From positions 1 to 52,029 of the IMG/VR virus record IMGVR_UViG_3300031953_000021: DNA of 52,029 bases; one strand, given 5' to 3'. Of this stretch, positions 17,960 through 25,684 are shown one piece after another. The position numbers were made by a program, and so were the translations under genes. Under the pieces are notes generated by a model. It had not been told where the DNA came from and did no database searches. It was given only the letters and a program-made list of their open reading frames with translations. How positions within the stretch are numbered: position 1 is the first letter of the stretch; the number at the start of each line of letters is the position of its first letter. Origin of the DNA: a virus. Its lineage: Duplodnaviria; Caudoviricetes.

Positions 17960-18694
17960 ATGACCGTAAACCGAGTTCCAGAAGTTCCGTTTGCACAGAT
18001 CGCGAATGCGATGCTCCGAGACGTCAGGTTGTCGTACAAAGCACGTGGGTTGCTGGCGATGGTCTTGTCGAATACTGGGGACTGGGATACCCCGCGAGAG
18101 TGGTTAGTTTCTCAGTCGGAGAAGGACGGTCGAGAGTCTGTCCAGTCTGCTCTGAACGAGTTGACAGAGCTTGGGTATCGGCGGGTGACGCGAGGCAACA
18201 ACCCGGAAAATGGCTTGTTTCAGACCATCGTGGAATGGTCGCATGAGCCTAACCAGTGGGACCGACCGACGGGAAACCCGACGGACGGACAAACCGACGG
18301 TCGGAAAACCCGTCGGACAACAGAAAACAATCCAGAACACTATTCCGTAACTAAAGTTACGGCGGAATCGGCTCAAACGTTGATTGCTGAGTGGATTGAT
18401 CATTGCGCTTCTAGACCCCCCGGCAGAGTGATCGGGCAGGTAGCGAAAGAGGTCGGGGCGCTCCTCGGAGAAAGCATTCCCTACGAGACGGTTCGCGAGG
18501 GGCTTGGTCGTTGGCATCGGCTCTCTTTGCATCCGTCTGCTGTGGCTTCAGTCGTGAATGAAGTGTTGAATCCGGCAACGGCGTCGAGGGGCAAGAATCC
18601 GTCGACAGCGATACAGGCAGGCAAGAGTCTCGTGGAGCGGTTGGAGGCGGAAGCTGCGGCTCAGTCTCGGATGATCGAGGGCGCACGATCGTGA
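17960..18694 (+). CDS. Replication initiator protein (N-terminal wHTH)
   Basis: FAQIANAMLRDVRLSYKARGLLAMVLS..DGRESVQSALNELTELGY; internal iteron-like repeats. Confidence 0.85.
   Translation: MTVNRVPEVPFAQIANAMLRDVRLSYKARGLLAMVLSNTGDWDTPREWLVSQSEKDGRESVQSALNELTELGYRRVTRGNNPENGLFQTIVEWSHEPNQWDRPTGNPTDGQTDGRKTRRTTENNPEHYSVTKVTAESAQTLIAEWIDHCASRPPGRVIGQVAKEVGALLGESIPYETVREGLGRWHRLSLHPSAVASVVNEVLNPATASRGKNPSTAIQAGKSLVERLEAEAAAQSRMIEGARS
18261..18347. repeat. Putative origin: four 16-bp imperfect tandem iterons plus A-rich tail inside rep
   Basis: ACCGACCGACGGGAAA/CCCGACGGACGGACAA/ACCGACGGTCGGAAAA/CCCGTCGGACAACAGA. Confidence 0.7.
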
Positions 18695-19098
18695 ATCTGA
18701 TCGAAGCGGCGAAGTTCTTGACAGTCTCGTCGGCGATGACGGGCCGGGTGGCCGACGAAGATCAAGCGGAGGCATGGTCGGTGATTCTCGATGACATATC
18801 ACTCGGTGATGCTTTGGCTGGCCTACGGGCTCACTACCGGGCTTCACGCTTCCCGATAATGCCCGCCGATATTGTCGATCAAGTCGGCCAACTAAAGGTC
18901 GCTACGGAGCGGGAAGAGCACCGGGAAGCGATCACCTCGAAGCGTCGAAGCCAGAACGCTGCACACCGCAGGGAACTGTTGGCGAAGTCGGGAGCTCTGC
19001 GCGACACTGATCTGTTGTGGCTGGTGGTTGGCTGGAACGGTGATGACGAGGCGAACGATCCGCTGGCGACGACGATCACGTCCACGAGCATAGAGTAG
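18691..19098 (+). CDS. Helicase loader/inhibitor-like protein (G39P-like N-domain)
   Basis: EAWSVILDDISLGDALAGLRAHY..IMPADI; directly after rep. Confidence 0.6.
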   Translation: MNLIEAAKFLTVSSAMTGRVADEDQAEAWSVILDDISLGDALAGLRAHYRASRFPIMPADIVDQVGQLKVATEREEHREAITSKRRSQNAAHRRELLAKSGALRDTDLLWLVVGWNGDDEANDPLATTITSTSIE

Positions 19099-19107
19099 GG
19101 TGCAAGC

Positions 19108-19362
19108 ATGAAACCTTCTAAGGATCGTCTTGCTGCTGAGGTCGCTGCTGCGGCTGGCCGCGCTGATGTTGCTGCTGCCGCGTCGAAGTCGACTCGAACC
19201 CGGCGGGATGCGACTATGGCGCGTGCTCACCGGGACGGCTTGTCGTATGCGGAGTTGCAGGCTGCGACGGGACTCACGAGAACGGGTGTCTACAAGGCTT
19301 TGTCGTCGGCTGCTGGTGGGTCGCTGAAATCAGTGTCGACAGACGAGCCGATTGTCGACTAG
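19108..19362 (+). CDS. Small HTH DNA-binding protein (probably leaderless)
   Basis: RDATMARAHRDGLSYAELQAATGLTRTGVYKAL; TAGGGT-N6-ATG. Confidence 0.8.
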   Translation: MKPSKDRLAAEVAAAAGRADVAAAASKSTRTRRDATMARAHRDGLSYAELQAATGLTRTGVYKALSSAAGGSLKSVSTDEPIVD

Positions 19363-19371
19363 ACTGGACTC

Positions 19372-19509
19372 ACGCAAGTTGGTCGAGCGGTGGTATCCCG
19401 TTTAGGTTTCGTCGCTGTTGTCCTGATCGGGTTTCTAGGTTCCTTTCCAGCCGCTTGCGTATATCCCCCGGTGCAACCGCGAAAGCAACCGCACCGGGGG
19501 ATTCTCTTT
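19372..19509 (+). ncRNA. Candidate structured small RNA carrying an anti-Shine-Dalgarno sequence
   Basis: TCGACA-N18-TAGACT promoter (19336-19365); internal stems; 12-bp terminal hairpin plus T-rich tail; no ORF; GGTTCCTTTCCAG at 19438-19450. Confidence 0.55.
19463..19509 (+). terminator. Terminator hairpin
   Basis: ATCCCCCGGTGC/GCACCGGGGGAT then TCTCTTT. Confidence 0.75.
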
Positions 19510-19588
19510 GTCTAATCTGCTTGACATCGGCGGGAACGTATCGCTAAAGTTGAATTATACGAAACACCACCTCTGGAAAGGTTCCACA
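19510..19588 (+). promoter_or_regulatory. Promoter/operator/RBS cassette B
   Basis: GTCTAATCTGC-TTGACA-N18-TAAAGT..CTCTGGAAAGG. Confidence 0.9.
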
Positions 19589-19867
19589 ATGAACGCAGTA
19601 ACCGAGACTCACACCGTTGAACTCACCGACTACAACGGCCTCGACATCGTGACCGAAATCAACGCGGCAATCGCCAGCGACCTCGTAGTCACGATCAACG
19701 GCGACACGGTGAACACGCGATTCGGTCGGAAGGTATCCCACTGGGGAACCGGAAGCGTCAGCTTCGAGGTCGACTCAAAGCGTGGAAGCGTCAACACTCG
19801 CACGATGTGGTTGAAGCCGGGTCGCACGATCAACTGGACCTCGACCCCTCTCGCTCCTCGCGCCTAA
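19589..19867 (+). CDS. Hypothetical protein
   Basis: Behind cassette B RBS. Confidence 0.7.
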   Translation: MNAVTETHTVELTDYNGLDIVTEINAAIASDLVVTINGDTVNTRFGRKVSHWGTGSVSFEVDSKRGSVNTRTMWLKPGRTINWTSTPLAPRA

Positions 19868-19891
19868 CGGCCTCCGGAAAGGAACCCCGTA

Positions 19892-20266
19892 ATGCAAATG
19901 TTGCCGCCGTCAGTGTTCATCCTGACGGGACCGGCCACCGCCGAAACTTCTGAGGGGTACCGAATCCGGTACCCGTCGGGGGCTCGGTTTGTGGCGGACC
20001 CTGTGTCGTTGGGATACCTCCCGTTGGATCGTGGCACTCGCCGGTCGATGGGCGAGAGGTACGCCAAGGCGGTCAGGCTCTCGGTCAAAGCTCCGCTTGC
20101 CAAGACAATCGGGTTGCGCGAGCACCTTCTGTACCTCGGCGGGCCGGGAGCGGTTCCGCATCTGGGCAACCGGCACCAAGCGGACTGGGCCGACATCGAA
20201 GGGTTCGTCGTGATGTACGACGGTGGCCGGTATAGGTTCGACCCGAATCGCCGCCGGGACTATTGA
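19892..20266 (+). CDS. Hypothetical protein
   Basis: GGAAAGGAACC RBS. Confidence 0.65.
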   Translation: MQMLPPSVFILTGPATAETSEGYRIRYPSGARFVADPVSLGYLPLDRGTRRSMGERYAKAVRLSVKAPLAKTIGLREHLLYLGGPGAVPHLGNRHQADWADIEGFVVMYDGGRYRFDPNRRRDY

Positions 20267-20339
20267 CAAACCAGCTTGACACTTTGTGAGACGTTCGCTA
20301 AAGTTGAATCATCCGATACAACCTCTGGAAAGGTACCCA
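20265..20339 (+). promoter_or_regulatory. Promoter/RBS cassette C
   Basis: TTGACA-N17-TAAAGT-TGAATCATCCGATAC..CTCTGGAAAGG. Confidence 0.9.
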
Positions 20340-20627
20340 ATGTCTGCACTCACTGTTCACGGAATCGACTACAAGTCGAAGGACGCGATCCGCGACCGCA
20401 TCAAAGAGCTTCACAGCCTGAACAGCCAGTTGGGAGCCAGCGACGGTCGAGTGACCGAAATCGACGCTCTCTTCGATTGCCTGAAGCGCAACCGCCCGCA
20501 GGCACCAGTGTTCTCGATCTACTACCGGACAGCCACCGGCAAAAAGGGCCGGAAGGATTGTGACAGCCGCGAGAAGCAGGCCCGCTTCATCCGGACCACG
20601 CCGCACGCCGTTACGTTCTTCAGCTAA
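20340..20627 (+). CDS. Hypothetical protein
   Basis: Behind cassette C RBS. Confidence 0.7.
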   Translation: MSALTVHGIDYKSKDAIRDRIKELHSLNSQLGASDGRVTEIDALFDCLKRNRPQAPVFSIYYRTATGKKGRKDCDSREKQARFIRTTPHAVTFFS

Positions 20628-20753
20628 AGAGTTTCGGCTGATACAGCCGCAAAGAGGTAACTACACAAGTAGTAGCCCGTGGGCCGAGCGTTTTCTTGGT
20701 GTCTTATAAGTCTCGGCCCACGCATTACCCCCCCCAAGTAGAAAGTAGACCCA

Positions 20754-21041
20754 GTGACTCACTCATACGATCCGTTCCCGGCCTCTCCGGAGGAAGTAAT
20801 TTCGCCAGTGCAGGCACGCCATGTTCTGCACCAGTTCGGCGCGACCGGCGGCTACCAAGCTGGCTCGTTCACGACTCACCTTCTCGCCGCAATCGCCGTG
20901 GCCGACACCAGCAACAATGCTCGATTGTCGAGGGGCTTCCCCGGATACGTGGCGGCGGTTGGCCTTGCCCAAGGTGACGTGAAAGGCATCGAGAAGTTGC
21001 AGAAAATTGCCGTCTCCCCTGAACCCCCGTCAGATAACTAA
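20754..21041 (+). CDS. Hypothetical phage protein
   Basis: GSFTTHLLAAIAVAD..N.ARL..GFP pattern resembling a recurring phage family. Confidence 0.65.
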   Translation: MTHSYDPFPASPEEVISPVQARHVLHQFGATGGYQAGSFTTHLLAAIAVADTSNNARLSRGFPGYVAAVGLAQGDVKGIEKLQKIAVSPEPPSDN

Positions 21042-21107
21042 TCGTCATATAGGCCCAGATGTCAGTCAAACCGGCTATACTGGGATGACTCAAGGAAAGG
21101 AACGACA

Positions 21108-21848
21108 GTGACCAACACTGAAACCCCCGAAGCCGTCATTACGCCCTCGGAATCACCACGAAGTATCGCAAAACTGGCAATGGCTCTCGCCAAGTTCCAA
21201 GGCGAAATGCCGTCAGTGCATAAAGGCAAGACAGCGAAAGTGCCGATGAAGGCCGGTGGTTCGTACTCGTACAAGTACGCCGACCTCGCCGATGTCACCG
21301 CCGCCGCCATGCCGATCCTCTCGAAGCATGGGTTGGCATTCATCGTCCAGCCTGAAGAGGGTAGCCGTGGGTTCATTCTTCGCGGACTGCTCGTGCACGA
21401 ATCGGGGGAGTTCATTGAAGGCATCCTCCCGCTCCACGGCAACGCCAATCAAGAGCTTGGTTCGTCGCTGACTTATCTGCGTCGGTACCTGCTCGGTGCG
21501 CTCACTGGAATCGTGACGGACGAAGATGAGGACGGTGCGGCAGGCAACACGGCTGAGCGTACGACGAAGGTACCGGCACGCCAGCGACAGAGCCGCGCAA
21601 AGCCCGCTTCTGCTTCAGGTGAAGAGTCACCCGAATCGTCTGCACCGCCAGCACCGCCCGCCGCTCCCGTTGCCGCTGATGTCGCGTGGTCTGACAAGAT
21701 CACTGAAGCCGCTACCTATGACGAGCTAACGGCTGTGTTCAATGAAGCCGATGCTGCCGGAGTGTTCGGCCACATGATCGGCGAAGAAACCGTCAAATCG
21801 CGTCTGTACGCACGTCGTACGGAACTGACCTCGAAGGATGCCCAGTGA
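21108..21848 (+). CDS. ERF-family single-strand annealing protein
   Basis: ALAKFQ..YKYADLADV..PILSKHGL..GSSLTYLRRY..GIVTDEDEDG. Confidence 0.9.
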   Translation: MTNTETPEAVITPSESPRSIAKLAMALAKFQGEMPSVHKGKTAKVPMKAGGSYSYKYADLADVTAAAMPILSKHGLAFIVQPEEGSRGFILRGLLVHESGEFIEGILPLHGNANQELGSSLTYLRRYLLGALTGIVTDEDEDGAAGNTAERTTKVPARQRQSRAKPASASGEESPESSAPPAPPAAPVAADVAWSDKITEAATYDELTAVFNEADAAGVFGHMIGEETVKSRLYARRTELTSKDAQ

Positions 21849-22942
21849 GTACCAAAGCAAAAGCGCCAGCGTTCCTCTCCCGCCGTGGAGCTTCAGACAT
21901 CGACCGACCAGCGTGGTTGGCCGAGCGCGAAGGTGGTGTGACGGCCAGCGAAATCGCGAAACTCGGGTCGTACAAAACGACTGCCGGTCGCAACCGGGCG
22001 ATGGGCACGCTTGCTCAGGAAAAGTTGACCGGCGACCAGAACTTCAACGGGAACCGTTACACGAACTGGGGAGTTGAGCGCGAGCCGATTCTCGAAGAGT
22101 GGGCCGAGTTTGCTCATGGCTTCACGCCGGAGTCGCGGATTGCCCGCTCGGAGCATGAGCCCCAGCACCTTGCGTCGATTGATGGTTGGCGAGTCGATCC
22201 TGACGGCACGCTGCACCTTGCCGAAATCAAGACCACGGGTGAACCGCTGACTCGTGAGGCTCTGGTGAAAAAGGGCTACGTCGACCAGACGTTGTGGCAG
22301 ATGTATGTGACCGATGCGGTTGACGCTTTGGTCATGTGGGAGATTCGCGAGGACGACGGGAACGGTTGGTTTGTTCCGGGCGAGCGCGGCACGATTCTTG
22401 TCAAGCGTGACGATGCTCGGATCGCGAAGTTGATCGAGTACGCGACCGCGACTCTGCTGGTGATGATGGATTACCGGGCGGGCGAGGACGGGTCGAAAGA
22501 TGACCCCATGTTGGATGACATGATCGACCGGCTGATGGAGGCGAAGGCTACCGAGAAGGAGCTAGACCCGAAGGTCCGCGAAATGATGTCGTTGGCTGGC
22601 ATGACTGCGGCTAAGACGTCGAAGTGGAACGTCTCGTACGAGGCTGCTGACCCGAAAGACATCCCGGCACCGGAGTTGTTCGAGGAACAGTTGCCGGAGC
22701 AAGCGTCAATCCTCGAAGAGCTTCGCAAGGAGCGTCAGGATTATCTGCGCGAAGAAATCGAGGCAATCGAGTTGGACCGGGGAGAGTATCGCCGGGACGA
22801 GTTGGAAGCCAAGATCAAGGAACGCGAAGAGCACCGGGTTGAAGAGTTTCAGGAGCTTCTGTCGATAGCGGAGAAGTTCACGAAGAAAGCGGCGAAGGGC
22901 AACCCGACGTTGCGGATCACGGCTCGCAAGGACGTCAAGTAA
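21845..22942 (+). CDS. YqaJ/lambda-exonuclease-family recombination nuclease
   Basis: WLAEREGGVTASEI, WGVERE, ASIDG, EIKT, Q..WQMYV. Confidence 0.85.
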   Translation: MSTKAKAPAFLSRRGASDIDRPAWLAEREGGVTASEIAKLGSYKTTAGRNRAMGTLAQEKLTGDQNFNGNRYTNWGVEREPILEEWAEFAHGFTPESRIARSEHEPQHLASIDGWRVDPDGTLHLAEIKTTGEPLTREALVKKGYVDQTLWQMYVTDAVDALVMWEIREDDGNGWFVPGERGTILVKRDDARIAKLIEYATATLLVMMDYRAGEDGSKDDPMLDDMIDRLMEAKATEKELDPKVREMMSLAGMTAAKTSKWNVSYEAADPKDIPAPELFEEQLPEQASILEELRKERQDYLREEIEAIELDRGEYRRDELEAKIKEREEHRVEEFQELLSIAEKFTKKAAKGNPTLRITARKDVK

Positions 22943-23538
22943 TGGCTGGCCCGAGCGCGCCGTGGCAGGCGGACATTGATAAATCGCAAATCGTTGACCT
23001 GAACGCTTTGTGGTTGAAGTGGAACCAGCCCGCTCAGGTGAGTCAGGTGACTAATCACTATTGGGAGAACGAGCAGGTCCAAGTCAGTCCAGAAGAAGTC
23101 GCGGCGCTGCTCGGGCAGGCTCTCACGGAGCGCAAAGAGTGGCTGGAACACAAAGACACCCAGCCCGGTCCTGATCCTCGGAGAAAGCTGTCTACGTCGG
23201 AGCGGATTGATGCCGCGATCATTGAGCACCTTGCTGCGACGGATGCGTACGCGGTCGCGGTGGAGTTGTCGGCGACGTTGGATGCGGAGTCGAAGCGTCG
23301 TGCGGCCCGGAAGTACCTCGAAGTCAAAGCGAACGTTCCTGAAGGGGCGAAGCGAGTGACCGACACTGAAGCGAACCGGGCGGTGGACGCTGACGAGACT
23401 GTCCTCGAAGGGCGGTTGTCTGCCGACATTGCGGCTGCTCAGGCCAAGGCTGCGAAGGCTCGTCTGGATCACTGGGAGCACGTTATCAATTGGGGCCGGT
23501 CGGTGTACTCCCGCGAGAGCAAGGCGGATACGCGATGA
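22942..23538 (+). CDS. Hypothetical protein with helical C-domain
   Basis: TAATG coupling to YqaJ gene. Confidence 0.65.
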   Translation: MAGPSAPWQADIDKSQIVDLNALWLKWNQPAQVSQVTNHYWENEQVQVSPEEVAALLGQALTERKEWLEHKDTQPGPDPRRKLSTSERIDAAIIEHLAATDAYAVAVELSATLDAESKRRAARKYLEVKANVPEGAKRVTDTEANRAVDADETVLEGRLSADIAAAQAKAAKARLDHWEHVINWGRSVYSRESKADTR

Positions 23539-23891
23539 CCTCGACCCCGAAAGCGTTGTTGCGACAGATCACCGATCGCGACGGCCACGTTTCGTTCTGG
23601 ACTGGCGACGACGTGCCCGAGTTGGTCCCGCAGCACCGTCAGGGTGGCATGGGTGGGTCGAAGCGGAAGCATCGCCCGTCGAATGTTGTCTGGTTGGAGT
23701 CGTTGCTGAACGGGCATATCGAGTCGGACCCTGAGTTGCAGGCTGAGGCTGTGCGCCGGGGTATCAAGGTGAGTCAGCACGCTGATCCGGAGAAGGTGCC
23801 GATTATGTCGGCGGACGGCTCGTGGTGGTTGCTGACGGACGACGGCGAAAAGACCCCGTACGCGGGAGACTGGGAGGGCGAACGTGGCTGA
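23535..23891 (+). CDS. Degenerate HNH-like protein
   Basis: RDG..QHRQGGMGGS..SNVVWL..NGHIE..DPEKVP..WWLLTDDG; usual Cys pairs absent. Confidence 0.6.
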   Translation: MTSTPKALLRQITDRDGHVSFWTGDDVPELVPQHRQGGMGGSKRKHRPSNVVWLESLLNGHIESDPELQAEAVRRGIKVSQHADPEKVPIMSADGSWWLLTDDGEKTPYAGDWEGERG

Positions 23892-24141
23892 CATCGAAGG
23901 GCTGAGGATCAAAGGGATGATGATTGCCTCGCTGAAGCGCCGTTTCGAGAACGGCGGTCGCCACCTCCACTCGTCGTCGTGCATCCACAACTTGCCACCG
24001 GTCGAGCAGATCGAACTGCGAGGCAAGACTGTTGAGTGGTGGATGCAGATGGTTGGAATTATGCCTGTGCAGATCACCTCGGATCAGTGGGAAGCCCCTC
24101 CGGTCACGGCAGAATCAGACGATGCAGGAGGCCCGCGATGA
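23884..24141 (+). CDS. Hypothetical protein
   Basis: GGAGGG RBS; operon packing. Confidence 0.55.
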   Translation: MADIEGLRIKGMMIASLKRRFENGGRHLHSSSCIHNLPPVEQIELRGKTVEWWMQMVGIMPVQITSDQWEAPPVTAESDDAGGPR

Positions 24142-24338
24142 CGCTTAGCAGGAAGTGGATCGCAGAGTGCGACTCTGTTGGCTGTGCGGCACGGCTGGTC
24201 TATACGCCGGATGAAGGCCCAGTCGAGAAGGCTGATGCTGGCATGTATGTCAACGATCAAGGTTGGAGCGCGGCACCCGGCAGGTCTGCCACTTTCTGCC
24301 CTGACCACTTCACCGAGACAGCAGCCCACGATGACTAG
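24138..24338 (+). CDS. Small Cys/His putative Zn-binding protein
   Basis: CDSVGC..GW..FCPDH. Confidence 0.6.
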   Translation: MTLSRKWIAECDSVGCAARLVYTPDEGPVEKADAGMYVNDQGWSAAPGRSATFCPDHFTETAAHDD

Positions 24339-24663
24339 GGCATTTACGAAGCGCCCTGTTTGGGCGTGGGTGTGCGACTCGTGCGGACATGGGGACGAGT
24401 TGGCTTGGGAGCGGAGCCAGTTGTCTAGCTTCGATCAGATGCGGGCAAAGGGTTGGTGGATCGCTGAGAAGTTTGGCGATCTGTGCCCGTCTTGTCGCGC
24501 CAAAGCAGAAGTCAGCGCTGACATTGTTCATGCTTGCCCGCCCGGAGATAGCGCGGTAATGCCGTGTTGTGGCCGCGTCCCGTTTGAGGCTTTAGGCGAC
24601 CGGATCACTCTTGACCCGTCGTTAGTAACCTGTACCGGGCTCGCTCAGTCGAGTCCTGAATGA
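24331..24663 (+). CDS. Cys-rich putative Zn-binding protein
   Basis: CDSCG..GW..DLCPSC plus HACPP..MPCCGR..VTC. Confidence 0.6.
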   Translation: MTRAFTKRPVWAWVCDSCGHGDELAWERSQLSSFDQMRAKGWWIAEKFGDLCPSCRAKAEVSADIVHACPPGDSAVMPCCGRVPFEALGDRITLDPSLVTCTGLAQSSPE

Positions 24664-24698
24664 CCACCGTAGTAAGAATCAATCGAAAGGAATCTGAC

Positions 24699-24983
24699 GT
24701 GGAAATCAGAGTCAAAGTAACGCCCGGAGCGAGCAGCATGTTTAGCAGCGTTGCGGAGTCAACCGAAGTCACTGTGATCGTTGGCGATGATGTCGCTGGC
24801 GAAACAACGTCGATGCTGAATATCAGCGGGTTGACAGCAGCGCTAGTCGACATCGTTCGTGACCTCGTGGAAGATGATGACGGCGACGAGAAAGACGTTG
24901 GCCCCGCCGATGACCCCGATTATGTCGGTCGTCACCGTGAGGGCAACACCGCGCAGCACGCTGGATCGGAAGGTTGCTCATAA
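24699..24983 (+). CDS. Hypothetical protein
   Basis: GAAAGGA RBS; TAATG coupling to ssb. Confidence 0.55.
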   Translation: MEIRVKVTPGASSMFSSVAESTEVTVIVGDDVAGETTSMLNISGLTAALVDIVRDLVEDDDGDEKDVGPADDPDYVGRHREGNTAQHAGSEGCS

Positions 24984-25474
24984 TGGCTGGTGAAACCGTA
25001 ATCACTGTTGTCGGCAATCTGACTGCTGACCCCGAACTCCGATACACGCAGGGCGGGCTGGCCGTGGCGAACTTCACGATCGCGAGCACCCCCCGCAGTT
25101 TCGACCGGGAGACGAACGACTGGAAAGACGGCGAGGCATTGTTCCTCCGTGCGTCGTGCTGGCGCGAGTTTGCTGAGCATGTTGCTGGCACTCTGACGAA
25201 GGGTTCGCGGGTGATTGCTCAGGGCCGTCTACGCCAGCGCTCGTACGAAACCAAAGAGGGCGAAAAGCGGACGTCGATGGAGTTGGAGATTGACGAGATT
25301 GGCCCGTCGTTGCGGTATGCGACAGCGGCGATCACGCGAGCCCCGCGTGAGGGTGGCGGCGGACAGCGCCAGCAGAGCCAGTCGAACGACGAACCGTGGG
25401 CCACGACCGCTCCCGCATCGTCGGGCGACGTGTGGAACACCCCCGGTAACTACTCTGACGAGACTCCGTTCTAA
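24983..25474 (+). CDS. ssb: Single-stranded DNA-binding protein
   Basis: [46 protein letters not shown]; actinobacterial SSB. Confidence 0.97.
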   Translation: MAGETVITVVGNLTADPELRYTQGGLAVANFTIASTPRSFDRETNDWKDGEALFLRASCWREFAEHVAGTLTKGSRVIAQGRLRQRSYETKEGEKRTSMELEIDEIGPSLRYATAAITRAPREGGGGQRQQSQSNDEPWATTAPASSGDVWNTPGNYSDETPF

Positions 25475-25602
25475 TGGGCGCGGCAGAGTTCGCTGGTTGG
25501 GCGTGGACCGTTCTCGGTGTTGTTGCCGGGACTGCGATTGTGGCTCTCGTTGTTGTGTCGTGCTTTGCTGCGGCGGTCAGGCAAATCCGAAAGAAAAGGT
25601 AG
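25474..25602 (+). CDS. Small single-TM protein (42 aa)
   Basis: [42 protein letters not shown]; TAATG coupling. Confidence 0.55.
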   Translation: MGAAEFAGWAWTVLGVVAGTAIVALVVVSCFAAAVRQIRKKR

Positions 25603-25609
25603 ACCAACT

Positions 25610-25684
25610 GTCTACTTGGCTTGACGCAACGCCAAAGGTCAAATAGGTTTGACTCATATCATCCGAACAAAGGAGCAAGGAACC
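25610..25684 (+). promoter_or_regulatory. Promoter cassette D with two palindromic operators
   Basis: TTGACG-N17-TAGGTT; GTCTACTTGGCTTGAC (25610) and GTCAAATAGGTTTGAC (25638). Confidence 0.8.

Noticed and set aside
19438-19450. CTGGAAAGGAACC on the minus strand as the RBS of a reverse gene
   Set aside because: No ATG/GTG/TTG at a usable distance and no ORF follows.
19372-19509. tRNA or other known RNA class in the intergenic gaps
   Set aside because: No cloverleaf, T-loop GTTCRA or CCA end recognised; an Rfam search was not possible.
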